Shown here: positions 32,545-42,136 of the stretch, in pieces
How the letters are laid out: every line of letters begins with the position of its first letter
How positions within the stretch are numbered: the stretch's first letter is position 1
Position numbers and translations under genes: made by a program
Source of the DNA: Candidatus Omnitrophica bacterium UBA6249
GTDB lineage: Bacteria > Omnitrophota > Gorgyraeia > Gygaellales > Profunditerraquicolaceae
Reading direction: 5' to 3'
Assembly (NCBI GenBank): GCA_002441305.1
Contig: DJVT01000009.1
Location: forward strand, 345,210 to 409,209
DNA length: 64,000 bases
Notes under the pieces: model-generated
Told to the model about the DNA's origin: nothing
Database searches by the model: none
What the model saw: the letters and a program-made list of their open reading frames with translations, nothing else

Positions 32545-34390
32545 GTTCCGCCCCTCTCAGCCTGCTTTCGATAAAATCCTTCTCCCTGCGCTGCCATTTG
32601 CGCACCTTATTTTGAGCCTCGATCAGCATCTTGCCGGACATTTCGGAATCTCCGGATTTCTCATAAGCGTAAGCCATCTCGAGGTAAAGCCCAGGGTCGT
32701 CGGGGACATAACGCAGGCCCTGCCGCAAGATATCCAGCGCATCGTCCCAGCGCCCAGACCTGTTATACATATACCCGAGATTGTAATAAGCGTCCGGATA
32801 AAAAGGTGCCTCTTCCAGCACGCGTTTAAATAACCGCTCCGCCTTTTCATATTCGCCCAGCTCATAATATACGGCGGCAAGGGAAAACAAAACCCTGGGG
32901 TTTTCCGGATGCAGGTTTAATGCCGAATTAAGCTCCTTCAGTGCTCCGTCGTAATCTTTGTCCTTTGCAAAATTTACCCCGGAAAGGAAATGGCCCCGAA
33001 AGGAAGCCTCTTGGGAGGATGCCGAGGCATTACGCAAAGCAAGGTGCCTGGAGAACAAGAGCGCAAGTGCGCACAGAAGTGCGATAACGGCAGGTTTGAA
33101 ATATTTCTTTTGTTTTAAACCCTCCCAGAATACGCAAACCGCCAATCCGGAAAATACCGACAAAAAAGGTACCATCATTATCCGGTTTTTGGAGATAACA
33201 AAGAAAATCACCGTGTTCAGGGAAAACCCGACGACTGCCAGGCATAACAGCGTCTTCAGGCGCGATCCCGGGGCAAAAAACAATCCTGCCAGGGCAAGCG
33301 GCATAATTAACGCCAAATCGCTCATCTGCCCCCCAGGCATACCCCCTCCCCCGGAAACGATTTTATACTCCGGGTCGCATATATTCTCCTCCGGGGAAAA
33401 AGTAAACAAGATTTTCTTTAAAAGCAGGCGTCCGTACTTGCAGGGACTCTTTGAAATAAAAGACCATGATTTTCCCAGCCAATAACTGCATACCTCAAAA
33501 ACAGAAGGGTCCTTCCCCTCGTAGAGCCCGGCTTCTCCGCGGGCCTCCCTGTATAAAGATTCCTGGTTTGGAGTGAAATGTTTCGGGAGATAATAAGAAC
33601 CTGCAGACTCGGGATTATTCCCCAGGTAAAAATTAAAACCGGCATTCCGGGAAAAGAACGCCGGTTTTCCGTCGCTCGCAAAATTCATCCCGGTGAGCAA
33701 AGCGGCAACCAGGAGAAAACCCGCGCAAAAAGAAAAAAACATTTTTAGCCTGCCGGGTAATCCTGGCGTAGCCCCGCTTAACGCCCAAAACAACCCCAAA
33801 AAACCAAAAACCAGAATGCCCCCCTGCAGGGAAACGCATATGCCGAGAAACAACCCGCCCCAGAAAAACAGGCGCAAAGAACCGTTTTTTCCCAGCAGTA
33901 ATATAAAGAGAAAAAACAGCGAATTCAAGAAAATGGCGGGCGAAGTATAAATAAGCAGGTTATCGTAAAATACGAATAGCCCGTAGAAAACACATAATAA
34001 ACCGGCCGCAAACCCTGCTATCCTGCTGCCGCATAATCTACCGATAAAATAAACCAGCACGCAATTCAACGCCCCGAGGATATTTTGCGCCATATAGGCC
34101 AAGGCCAGGGAACCATGCCCCAGCTTGAGGAAAAAGGCCAGAATGTAAGAATAAAGCGGCCAGCTTATAAATATCTTCCAGCTCAAGAAATCGCCGCTGT
34201 TTATATCCAGGGCGCGTAAATAGTAAAAATAACTGTCGGAATAAGGCAGGAGCGGGTATGCCTGGGTTAAAGAGTACTGGCGCAGGTACAAAAGCCGGAA
34301 CGCCATGGCAAGCGAAAACAGTATGAGAATAAACGCCGAATCTTTTCTGGAGACGGATATTTTAGAATCTGGGAATAGGCGATGAGGCAT
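32534..34390 (-). CDS. Polytopic membrane glycosyltransferase-like protein (GT39/ArnT-like) with C-terminal TPR repeats
   Basis: 618 aa. About 11 hydrophobic helices are followed by TPR-type repeats (AVYYELGEYEKAERLF..., AYYNLGYMYNRSGRWDDA...). Confidence 0.5.
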   Translation of the reverse strand: MPHRLFPDSKISVSRKDSAFILILFSLAMAFRLLYLRQYSLTQAYPLLPYSDSYFYYLRALDINSGDFLSWKIFISWPLYSYILAFFLKLGHGSLALAYMAQNILGALNCVLVYFIGRLCGSRIAGFAAGLLCVFYGLFVFYDNLLIYTSPAIFLNSLFFLFILLLGKNGSLRLFFWGGLFLGICVSLQGGILVFGFLGLFWALSGATPGLPGRLKMFFSFCAGFLLVAALLTGMNFASDGKPAFFSRNAGFNFYLGNNPESAGSYYLPKHFTPNQESLYREARGEAGLYEGKDPSVFEVCSYWLGKSWSFISKSPCKYGRLLLKKILFTFSPEENICDPEYKIVSGGGGMPGGQMSDLALIMPLALAGLFFAPGSRLKTLLCLAVVGFSLNTVIFFVISKNRIMMVPFLSVFSGLAVCVFWEGLKQKKYFKPAVIALLCALALLFSRHLALRNASASSQEASFRGHFLSGVNFAKDKDYDGALKELNSALNLHPENPRVLFSLAAVYYELGEYEKAERLFKRVLEEAPFYPDAYYNLGYMYNRSGRWDDALDILRQGLRYVPDDPGLYLEMAYAYEKSGDSEMSGKMLIEAQNKVRKWQRREKDFIESRLRGAERAL

Positions 34391-34394
34391 AACT

Positions 34395-35162
34395 TTAAGG
34401 AATGACCTTTGTAGGGTGCCCCTGCCGGGAAAGCCTCTTGCCTATGCTCGAAGCCTGCTCACGCGAACTAAATTTCCCCACCCTTACCCTGTAACCTCCG
34501 GAAGAGCTCTCTACGTAAGCCGGGTACCCTGCAGCGAAAAGCTTGTTTTTCAATTTAAGGGCGTTTTTCTTGTTGGCGAAAAAACCTACCTGGACGGCAA
34601 AACTTTCCGGCTCATTCTGCAAAATCCCCGCCGCAGAAAAGGCGTCTTTAGAATATCTTAAATCGAGGCTCAAGGGGAAATCCCTCTTCAGCTTAAAAAG
34701 GTACTCTTCAGAACGCTCCTTCTCCAGCCCCTTGTTAGCCAAACGGCTCAAACGGAATAATACGCTTGCCTTGAGGCTTGTCCCTGGGTAATCCTCCAGC
34801 AGTTTCTTATACGCATATTCGGATTTACGCAGGCGGCCCTCGAGTAAATCCACATCCGCCAGCGAGAATAAGGCGCGCTCCCTATTCCTGCTGATTGGAT
34901 TGTTCGCTACCCGGCGGAGGCATTCTTCCGCCTTGCCCAGGTTGCCTGCCTTCATATAGCTTAATCCTAAAAGGTAATTTAAATCGTCGGCGCCCTGGAT
35001 ATTGAAATACCCCAGCTGCGCCTCCGCCTCGCTTATCACCCTATGGTAGTTCCCTTTCAGAAAATAAATTTTCACGCTGTCCAAACCGGCAGCCATGAGA
35101 AAAGAAGGAAAAGACAATACGCATAAAATAAATATGCCTGTTCTTGCCATCAGCTTGTGCAT
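34395..35162 (-). CDS. TPR plus SPOR domain protein (peptidoglycan-binding)
   Basis: 255 aa with a signal peptide, TPR repeats and the C-terminal SPOR segment FAVQVGFFANKKNALKLKNKL...YRVRVGKFSSREQA. Confidence 0.7.
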   Translation of the reverse strand: MHKLMARTGIFILCVLSFPSFLMAAGLDSVKIYFLKGNYHRVISEAEAQLGYFNIQGADDLNYLLGLSYMKAGNLGKAEECLRRVANNPISRNRERALFSLADVDLLEGRLRKSEYAYKKLLEDYPGTSLKASVLFRLSRLANKGLEKERSEEYLFKLKRDFPLSLDLRYSKDAFSAAGILQNEPESFAVQVGFFANKKNALKLKNKLFAAGYPAYVESSSGGYRVRVGKFSSREQASSIGKRLSRQGHPTKVIP

Positions 35163-36349
35163 TACCGGCCCCTCAATCTATTGGAAATCTCTCTCTGTAA
35201 ATCAAGAATGCGTTTATGCCTGTCTTCCTTTTCTTCCTGGGTAAGGGAATCGGCCAGTTTAGAAGACTGCGTATTCGGCCTGGGGGAATATTTGAATATA
35301 TATGAAGCGTTAAACCCGACGTTCTTGAGCAAGGCACAGGTCTCCTGGAAATCCCCCTCTGTTTCTGTGGGGAAACCTACGATAATATCCGTAGTCAATG
35401 TACCCCCTGTAACGATTCTACGATAAGAGTCGGTTAAAGCCAAGTACTCTTTTACGGAGTACCCGCGGTTCATAAGCTTGAGTATCCTGTCCGAACCGGA
35501 TTGCACCGGAAGATGCAGGGATTTCTCCAGCTTCTCCAGGTCCCTGATGGCGCGGAAAAATTCTTCATTGGCGTCTTTAGGGTGGGAGGTGAAAAAATTA
35601 AAACTCTCCAGCCCTTCCAGCGCGTTTACCTCTTCAAGAAGCCCCCTGAAACCGGAATCCCCCTGGCAATAAGCGTTTACATTCTGCCCCAGGAGGGTAA
35701 TCCTGGATATACCCGAACCCAATGCCCGGAGGATCTCCTCTATAACGCTGGACTGCGCGCGGTGGCGCAATGGCCCGCGCACATACGGAACAATACAATA
35801 CGAACAAAAATTTGAACAGCCCTCGGAAATAACCACGTAAGCATGACTCTTGTCCGCGCGGAAAGAAGTATGATAGACCTCATCCGGCCTCTCCTTGGCC
35901 GCAGTCTCCCAGACCTTCCGCTGGAATAACCCCTCATCCTGGCTCTGTCCTAAAGCAAGAAGCCGGTCAAGAATCGAGGGTATTTTGCCGATATCCTGCG
36001 GCCCCACCACAAAAGAAATCGCCGGGTCGCGCTGGAACGCCTTGTCTTGATAATTCTGCGCCATGCACCCGGCCAACCCGATAATCTTACTGCCTTTATA
36101 ACTCCCGATCAGGCTCCAGACACGGTCCTCGGCATGCTTGCGTACGGAGCAAGTATTAAAGATCACGACATCGGCGTCTTGATCGGAATCACAGACCCGG
36201 TAACCGGCACCCTGGAGAAGCCCGCAGATAATCTCGGAATCCCGGACATTCATCTGGCATCCGAAGGTACGCAAAAGCACACGTAGCTTCTTCGGGCTTT
36301 TGCCTCCGGAATCGCCTGTATTGTCGTCTTTTCGTTCGTTTTCAACCAT
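35162..36349 (-). CDS. miaB: tRNA-i6A37 methylthiotransferase MiaB. The 5' end (36278-36349) is supplied by the integrated element.
   Basis: 395 aa with the UPF0004 domain LRTFGCQMN, the radical-SAM CSNFCSYC motif and a TRAM C-terminus. The first 24 codons lie to the element side of the 20-bp att core and overlap the integrase 3' end in another frame. Confidence 0.85.
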   Translation of the reverse strand: MVENERKDDNTGDSGGKSPKKLRVLLRTFGCQMNVRDSEIICGLLQGAGYRVCDSDQDADVVIFNTCSVRKHAEDRVWSLIGSYKGSKIIGLAGCMAQNYQDKAFQRDPAISFVVGPQDIGKIPSILDRLLALGQSQDEGLFQRKVWETAAKERPDEVYHTSFRADKSHAYVVISEGCSNFCSYCIVPYVRGPLRHRAQSSVIEEILRALGSGISRITLLGQNVNAYCQGDSGFRGLLEEVNALEGLESFNFFTSHPKDANEEFFRAIRDLEKLEKSLHLPVQSGSDRILKLMNRGYSVKEYLALTDSYRRIVTGGTLTTDIIVGFPTETEGDFQETCALLKNVGFNASYIFKYSPRPNTQSSKLADSLTQEEKEDRHKRILDLQREISNRLRGR

Positions 36350-37935
36350 TTCATCCCCTCTTCATAGCAAGTCTTCCAAGGCTCATTCAACTCAAACTTC
36401 ACGATTTCCTGATTCTGGATAGTAATCGACTTAAAGACAATCCGCATGAACGTCTTTATAAGGTAGTCCAATTGGTGATTGTCGCTTTCGGGCGTACTGC
36501 GCAACCTTAAAAGGAAATCCTGCGTCGCTTTCACCAAATTGACGGAATTGCGCTTGTCCAGAATCTTAAGATGAATGGCCTTGATATCCTGCTTTAGTTT
36601 TTTCTCCTCATTACTTAAAAGCTCGGCTCTGTCCTTATAAAGCCCCATATTTATTTTGTCTTCTGAAAATAATTCGTATATAGCCCTTTGCTTCTCCACG
36701 TTCTTTTTAAGAAGCGCTTCCTTCTCCTCCAACTGCTCCATATATACCCGCTCCGGCTCAGAAGCGTTAAGCCGAATCATGTCGCCTAATTCTTCCAGCA
36801 CGTGAAGATTTTTTCTAATAACTTCAACGATATCCCAGACCTGCTTATTGATAGCATCAGCAGTCACGGATTTATTGTTGCACTTAATATACCGAATCCC
36901 TCTAGACGAACATCTATACCACGGACGCCTCATTTTGGTGCGGTGATTAACGATATGCGTCATCCCGCGATAATTACCGCCGCATTCATTGCATTTTAAT
37001 ATACCGGAAAGATGATAAACATTATTCCTGAATCTAACTATGCCATTAGTGCGGTTTCGCTTGAGAAGCGTGGAAGCCTCGTCAAACTCCCTTTGCGAAA
37101 TAATCGGCTCGTGCGTATTCGGGACCTCGATGATCTTGGAAGGATCATTCTTGATATAGCAATATCCCTTTCCCTCGCCATTTTTAGTCTTGATCTTTGT
37201 ATCGTAACGCCGCTTATTCCAGACCAGCATTCCCAAATACACTTTATTTTTAAGGATATCCGAGATGAATTTAGTATAAAACTTCCCGCCCTGCCGCGAA
37301 GGGATACCAAGCATGTAATAATGCCCGGCAATCTGCGAAGTGCTCTTGCCATTTATATACATCGAGAAAATTTCTTTGACGATTTTCGCTTCTTCAGGGT
37401 GGACTTCCAGTTTCTTGGCTTCCTTATTATAACGATAGCCATACGGCGCGTAACGCGCTCCCTGCCAATGCCCCCGCTTAACACCTACAACCATACCCGG
37501 AAAAACGCGCTCAACTAAACGATTACGCTCAAATTCCGCGCAACTGCCAAGCATTTGAATCGCCATTTTGCCCGCGCTCGATGTAGTATCAAACGGCTCA
37601 GTCGCTGATTTATAGCCAACACCCAAAGAATCAATCTCCTCAAGCAATCCTAACAGATCCTTGAGCCGACGACTTAAGCGATCTTGTTTATACACCAAGA
37701 CCAAATCAAACTGCTTATTGCGGGCATCGAAGAGAAGCCTCTGTAATGCCGGTCTATCCATATTGCCGCCGGAATAGCCGTCATCCATATAAACATCCCG
37801 GCCCGACATACTGCAAAAAACATCCCAGCCGAAGTTCTTCGCATATTGCAAAAGATACGTTCTCTGCACCTCCAGCGAAAATCCTTCGCGAGCTTGATCC
37901 TCTGTGCTAACTCTTGTGTATAACGCTACCCTCAT
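36250..37935 (-). CDS. Large serine recombinase (integrase 1)
   Basis: 561 aa with the resolvase catalytic domain ALYTRVSTEDQ, a recombinase domain, the zinc ribbon CNECGGNY...CSSRGIRYIKC and a coiled coil. Its last codons cross the att core. Confidence 0.9.
   Translation of the reverse strand: MRVALYTRVSTEDQAREGFSLEVQRTYLLQYAKNFGWDVFCSMSGRDVYMDDGYSGGNMDRPALQRLLFDARNKQFDLVLVYKQDRLSRRLKDLLGLLEEIDSLGVGYKSATEPFDTTSSAGKMAIQMLGSCAEFERNRLVERVFPGMVVGVKRGHWQGARYAPYGYRYNKEAKKLEVHPEEAKIVKEIFSMYINGKSTSQIAGHYYMLGIPSRQGGKFYTKFISDILKNKVYLGMLVWNKRRYDTKIKTKNGEGKGYCYIKNDPSKIIEVPNTHEPIISQREFDEASTLLKRNRTNGIVRFRNNVYHLSGILKCNECGGNYRGMTHIVNHRTKMRRPWYRCSSRGIRYIKCNNKSVTADAINKQVWDIVEVIRKNLHVLEELGDMIRLNASEPERVYMEQLEEKEALLKKNVEKQRAIYELFSEDKINMGLYKDRAELLSNEEKKLKQDIKAIHLKILDKRNSVNLVKATQDFLLRLRSTPESDNHQLDYLIKTFMRIVFKSITIQNQEIVKFELNEPWKTCYEEGMKWLKTNEKTTIQAIPEAKARRSYVCFCVPSDAR
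36258..36277. repeat. att core copy 1 (CATCCGAAGGTACGCAAAAG), the junction between miaB and element 1
   Basis: Identical 20-mer to 54295-54314. It lies inside miaB codons LLRTFGC and inside the last codons of integrase 1. Confidence 0.8.
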
Positions 37936-38113
37936 TAGTATCCTTTAGTGTCTCCCGCCATTCTTTAATCTTGGCGATACACTCGTCCGTAAACACGGGC
38001 CAGTCTTTGTAGTCGCGCTTGGGCTTAACCCAACCCTTGCGGATCCAATTGATCATGGTCTGCCGGTGAACACCCAGCTTTTTTGCCGTCTCTGTCATGG
38101 TGTAAGTTTTCAT
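37907..38113 (-). CDS. Excisionase-type (MerR-like, HTH_17) DNA-binding protein, a candidate recombination directionality factor
   Basis: MKTYTMTETAKKLGVHRQTMINWIRKGW...; 51 of 58 aligned residues are identical to the element 2 copy. Its 3' end overlaps the integrase start by 29 nt. Confidence 0.65.
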   Translation of the reverse strand: MKTYTMTETAKKLGVHRQTMINWIRKGWVKPKRDYKDWPVFTDECIAKIKEWRETLKDTNEGSVIHKS

Positions 38114-38139
38114 AATTGGCACCCTCTAAGATTAGTGCC

Positions 38140-38168
38140 CAGTATACCGTATTATACAACCCTATACA
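38140..38168 (-). promoter_or_regulatory. Promoter candidate for xis-int (conserved in both elements)
   Basis: The minus strand reads TTGTAT (38168-38163), a 17-nt spacer, then TATACT (38145-38140), with an internal TATAAT. The same block recurs near 56705-56735 in element 2. Confidence 0.4.
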
Positions 38169-38365
38169 AGGGTTTTCTTCTCCGCGTCATACGAGGACAG
38201 GAACATTTTTGACAACAACTCAATGCCTTCAAAAAAGGATTTACGCGCCTCCTGAATCTCAATGCTGGATAGGCCGCGGCCTTTTAGCTTTATCTCTAAA
38301 GCATCCCAGCCCCTAAGGCTAACCGCCTGATCATTATTTGTGCGTACATCCTTGCTCATTTTCAC
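38162..38365 (-). CDS. Conserved small element protein, unknown function
   Basis: 67 aa. SLRGWDALEIKLKGRGLSSIEIQEARKSFFEGIELLSKMF aligns with the element 2 ORF at 56734-56928. Confidence 0.55.
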   Translation of the reverse strand: MKMSKDVRTNNDQAVSLRGWDALEIKLKGRGLSSIEIQEARKSFFEGIELLSKMFLSSYDAEKKTLV

Positions 38366-38373
38366 CGCTACCC

Positions 38374-38456
38374 ATTAGGACATTAGGACATTTTTCGTGT
38401 CGTATGATGTCCGGTTTCACTGACATACTGACATAACTCGTGTCAGTGAATGTCAG
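38374..38456. repeat. Short-word arrays upstream of the small ORF (operator/iteron-like)
   Basis: ATTAGGAC occurs twice in tandem (38374-38391). CTGACAT occurs twice (38420, 38428), followed by inverted TGTCAG twice (38441, 38451). Confidence 0.6.
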
Positions 38457-38600
38457 TCAAAACACCCCTCAAAACCATCGAAATACCCCAAAATTGACAC
38501 TTTTTCCGCAAAGAATGCCTGTTTTGAGCCTTCCTGACCACATTTTGACGCTCTCCGGATAACCCCATATGACATGACATCACTTTTTCAAAATTTTAGA

Positions 38601-38712
38601 TCACTGACAAACTGCGCCTCGCCCGACCCTCACCCGACACCGGCTGCCAAGGACCCGTAAACAAAATGCGTGCGGAGGAGGGCGGAAGGTGTCGCCCTCT
38701 GCCAGACGCATT
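38601..38712. repeat. Conserved GC-rich motif copy 1 plus adjacent hairpin
   Basis: TCACTGACA..GCGCCTCGCCCGACCCTC..AAGGACCC (38601-38656), with an invariant 18-mer at 38614-38631. A hairpin AATGCGT...ACGCATT follows at 38665-38712. Confidence 0.8.
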
Positions 38713-38781
38713 TATCTGGCAAAACTTTCGCGATGGAAGAAGTTAACAAGAACATCGATCCGGTTCCTCCGCATTAGATTG

Positions 38782-39465
38782 TTACTCAGCAACCAACTCT
38801 ACCTGCTCCACTGGCTTTGCGGGCTCAGGCCGATATTTTTTCATAAGGTTATTAATCTCCTGCTCGAGGTCGAAATGCGATACCCAGTGATCCCTGACAC
38901 GGATATCCTCCTCGATATCTGCCGTTGTCGGCCTGCGAAGCTCGGCGATACCCTTTTCTTTCTCAGCATGAAAAATACTGTGCGGCTCTGTTCCTAAACT
39001 GGGGCTAAACGCGGGGTAATCTTCCAAATGCCGTCGGGTAGTCTCTGGATGACCGTAGATAGCAAATGCTAAGGCAAACAACCGGCCCTTCGCCTTCCAC
39101 AGATCGAGGATCAACGTCTCCTTCTCTCTGTTCATGGCTTTACGGTCTTCGATGAGCCTTTTCATCTCTTCGTCCCGCTTCTCCGTCAACGCTTCCTCCA
39201 TTTTCGTCTTGAGTTTAGCGAGGCTCTCGGCAACGACATCGAGATTGATATTGCATTCCTCCAACGCCAAATCCGCTAGCTTCACAGCCTCGGGATTAAT
39301 CCTCTCGCCGCACATAACCCGGCTTCTGATTTCTTTTGCTTTCTCTTTAGCTTCAGTTTTTTCCTGCTCGCAGAGCTTCTGCTTTTCTTCAAGCGCCACA
39401 ATCTGCTCGGCGATCTCTTCCGGCGTGCTTTTGCCCTTTAACACGTTTAAAAAATTCAGTTTCAT
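38782..39465 (-). CDS. Coiled-coil hypothetical protein (variable slot of element 1)
   Basis: 227 aa, charged and helical. I recognise no motif. It occupies the position held by the Nu1-like gene in element 2. Confidence 0.5.
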   Translation of the reverse strand: MKLNFLNVLKGKSTPEEIAEQIVALEEKQKLCEQEKTEAKEKAKEIRSRVMCGERINPEAVKLADLALEECNINLDVVAESLAKLKTKMEEALTEKRDEEMKRLIEDRKAMNREKETLILDLWKAKGRLFALAFAIYGHPETTRRHLEDYPAFSPSLGTEPHSIFHAEKEKGIAELRRPTTADIEEDIRVRDHWVSHFDLEQEINNLMKKYRPEPAKPVEQVELVAE

Positions 39466-39559
39466 TTTTCGTTCCTCCTGTATTTGTTGATTTGAATTAC
39501 TATTCTTCTGCCTTGGTTTTTACGTTTGCCTACATCTTTCACCTCCCCTTTTTCTACCC

Positions 39560-39772
39560 TCTGAACGTTGTGAACATTGACTACTCTTATTTTTCTAACT
39601 GCCTCTAATGACCCCCTACAAGGGGCTTTCCCTCTTTCTCTTTTCTTTTTTAGAAAAGGAAAGAAACGACATTCACAATATTCATGAATCCCACATCCTC
39701 TTGTAGATTATGAGGATAATCCGTGACCAAAGCTGTGAACGTAGCCCGTCCACAGTCACAATGGTCACACCT
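39560..39772. repeat. Iteron-like word pairs and an AT-rich tract downstream of primase 1 (replication origin candidate)
   Basis: TGAAC occurs at 39562 and 39571, TTCA(C/T) words at 39671 and 39680, and GTCACA at 39755 and 39764. Each pair is 9 bp apart. An A/T-rich imperfect palindrome lies at 39630-39665. Confidence 0.4.
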
Positions 39773-42136
39773 TTAATACGGCCTTGGATCGTCTTCATCA
39801 CAAAAATCCTTTCCTTGTTCACCTTCATTCACGCCTTCGTTCACACTGCCTTTAAAAAGCGAATTACCCTTTATCCTGCGTAAGATAACCAGCTTCCTGC
39901 CGGTACCGGCTTCACGCTTTTCCGGACGTAAAATATCAATGCCCACACTGCGCATAACCGGAGCGATGCGCATAAGCTCTGAACCAAGTGCCCGGGCGTT
40001 GCCGGGTAGCGTCTTATCAAAACCGGTTTCCGGCTTAATGCTCTCAAGCAGTGTGGTCGCAGAACCCGCCCACTCGCCTCCGTTTGACTCCACAAGATAG
40101 ACCAACTTTTGCGCGAATGTGCTCTCTTCTGCGGTGTCCTCCCATTTATGATCAACCGATTGCTGATACCGCTTAAAAAATTCCTCCCGGGAGAATCCCA
40201 AATGCTGTGACAACGCCGCACCCCACTGCGCGAAATCCGACATCCTAAAACGCTCATGCCCGGACACACCGTCAATAACTGCCATTGCGTTTGAAATTGC
40301 CGAAAAGAAACCGCCGAGAATACCGGGAAGCGAAGCCCGCCATTCGTAAGCGATGACTTTCTCCGGCCTTGTCTCTTTTAAGATTGGTATATCGAAGATA
40401 ACTGAACGGTCTAATAGATCCGGACGGCATATAGCACTGCCGATACCGTTTAAAACGAAACATCGGCGATAGGTCCTGATGAATTCCTCATCATTGGTGT
40501 AAAGCGATCGCTTCATATCTCCCTCGCCTGTTACTGCCCGGCATAAAAAATCACTGAACCACTCAGACACGCGAGAAAAATTGTCGAAATTATTCAACCA
40601 GTGTTTATCCGCGATCATCTGCGCCTGCTCTAAATCCTTAGGCACAGAAATGGACATCACCTTGGAAGGATCGCACAGGCTTTTAATCATCCGGGAGTTG
40701 TTAGACTTTCCTGTTCCCTGCTCGCCTATCTGCACTGGTATGACATGAGGAATATCGGGAATAAAGAAAGTCGCTACCGCCGTCATGAATAGACAAGCGT
40801 CATCTTTATTGATATTGCAAAACTCCAAAAGCTTTTTAGGATCAGAGCCCTTGACCGGAAAAACCTGCTCTGCCTGATGGGGGTATCGCTTGAATATTGG
40901 AGGCAGGAAAACAACTTCCCATCCATCTTTAGTAATAATGACCCCGCGCCAGTCTTGAGTGGTCAGGTCATAATAAATAGCCCCGTTATGCCAACCGACA
41001 CGGTTATATAGCTCAACCTGCCTTCCGCCTTCGCACTTCGCCTCAATCTGAACTTTCGCCTGCTTTATAGCTTCGCTCCCGGGCGGATGGCCGAAGTCCT
41101 GCCGGTAACGCAGAGCGCAGTAATTCCTGAAGCGGGAACTGCTTGTCTGGCAAACCTCAAGATGTTTATCAAACGGAAGAACAACGTAAGGATTACCTTG
41201 TTGGTCGCGCAGATATTCGCTAACCGTTTCTTCACAGTCACGGGTGATAATTTCGCCTTGGGTAAGTTTCTTCTGCTTCGGAGATGTTGACGCCTCAAAT
41301 ACATTTTCGGTGTCTTGGACGGCCTTCTGAATAACGCTTTGCCCGTAAGTCTTGCCGTCACCAAAATGTTTCTCATCCCACTTCGGCCGCATAAGCCCCG
41401 ACTGCCGGAACAACGCATCCATCTGCCCGGCGTCTTTGCTTGTCCAAAACGCCAGCTTGTTGCACAACGCCAGATCCGCCTCACTTTGAGAGGGATAATC
41501 GGTCTGCCACTGGCCCGAATAAAGCCGCTGAAACCTCTCCGCGTCTTTACTCTTGGCGATCAAGGTAAGAATGTCGTCTGCGGGCCCTTTATCCACAAAC
41601 CGGCTGAATATATCTTTAAGCGCATCAGTGCACTCGTTAAGCTCAGCCGGATAATTTTCAAGGCGGTTGCCGGTAACGGTAAAGAATCGGCCATTGGTAT
41701 AAATCTCCAAGCCGATCTTGGAAATTTTGCAGGCCCGGGCGATCTCGCCTTTACAAAGGATATGAATACCTGTGCCGCTTGGCGAATATTCGGAATATGA
41801 ATTAATCGCCTTGAGAATCTCAACCGCATACGGCGCGATTGATCCGTCTTTGACGCAGTGGTCAATATCCACGCCCACATACGGCGGCTGAAACATAAAG
41901 CCAATGCCCGCGTAGTTACGCTGAATCGCCAAATCTAAAGCCATTTCAAAATCAGTCCATGTTGCAGGATCGTTGCTTTTCGCAGGCGCGCCGGTCATAA
42001 CATTCATCGGAATCTTGTCAACACGGCCATTGTTCTCTCTGGTGACATAACCCACCCACGCCTTTTGAGACCTAATCTCGGCGGGAATAATTGAAGGCAT
42101 CTTGTTAAAATCTATCATTGCTGTTTGCATCGCCAC
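39773..42136 (-). CDS. Prim-Pol (AEP) primase fused to a DUF3987-like P-loop helicase
   Basis: 787 aa with the N-terminal AEP motifs VGVDIDHC and SPSGTGIHIL, and the PriCT-like block YPSQSEADLALCNKLAFWT...LFRQSGLMRPKW. The Walker A motif is GEQGTGKS. Confidence 0.8.
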   Translation of the reverse strand: MAMQTAMIDFNKMPSIIPAEIRSQKAWVGYVTRENNGRVDKIPMNVMTGAPAKSNDPATWTDFEMALDLAIQRNYAGIGFMFQPPYVGVDIDHCVKDGSIAPYAVEILKAINSYSEYSPSGTGIHILCKGEIARACKISKIGLEIYTNGRFFTVTGNRLENYPAELNECTDALKDIFSRFVDKGPADDILTLIAKSKDAERFQRLYSGQWQTDYPSQSEADLALCNKLAFWTSKDAGQMDALFRQSGLMRPKWDEKHFGDGKTYGQSVIQKAVQDTENVFEASTSPKQKKLTQGEIITRDCEETVSEYLRDQQGNPYVVLPFDKHLEVCQTSSSRFRNYCALRYRQDFGHPPGSEAIKQAKVQIEAKCEGGRQVELYNRVGWHNGAIYYDLTTQDWRGVIITKDGWEVVFLPPIFKRYPHQAEQVFPVKGSDPKKLLEFCNINKDDACLFMTAVATFFIPDIPHVIPVQIGEQGTGKSNNSRMIKSLCDPSKVMSISVPKDLEQAQMIADKHWLNNFDNFSRVSEWFSDFLCRAVTGEGDMKRSLYTNDEEFIRTYRRCFVLNGIGSAICRPDLLDRSVIFDIPILKETRPEKVIAYEWRASLPGILGGFFSAISNAMAVIDGVSGHERFRMSDFAQWGAALSQHLGFSREEFFKRYQQSVDHKWEDTAEESTFAQKLVYLVESNGGEWAGSATTLLESIKPETGFDKTLPGNARALGSELMRIAPVMRSVGIDILRPEKREAGTGRKLVILRRIKGNSLFKGSVNEGVNEGEQGKDFCDEDDPRPY

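Noticed and set aside
236-35937. Dozens of plus-strand ORFs of 60-290 aa in the supplied track. Examples are 532-888, 2970-3599, 6319-7083, 13867-14463, 20008-20874, 22215-22874, 25440-26123, 27364-28131 and 28682-29311.
   Set aside because: Each lies entirely antisense to a minus-strand gene with strong family motifs. Their translations are low-complexity, rich in Ser/Leu/Arg, and carry no motifs. They are typical shadow ORFs.
38614-38631. A confident call of the conserved motif as a P2-type cos site because it contains GGCGAGGCG on the coding strand.
   Set aside because: A 9-nt match recalled from memory in GC-rich sequence is too weak. I kept it only as one hypothesis under the motif finding.
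38366-38781. The short repeats at about 38.4 kb, 46.5 kb and 58.0 kb, considered as a possible CRISPR array.
   Set aside because: The repeat units are only 6-9 bp long and are irregularly spaced. They are partly inverted and have no spacer-like unique segments of constant length, and no cas genes are present.
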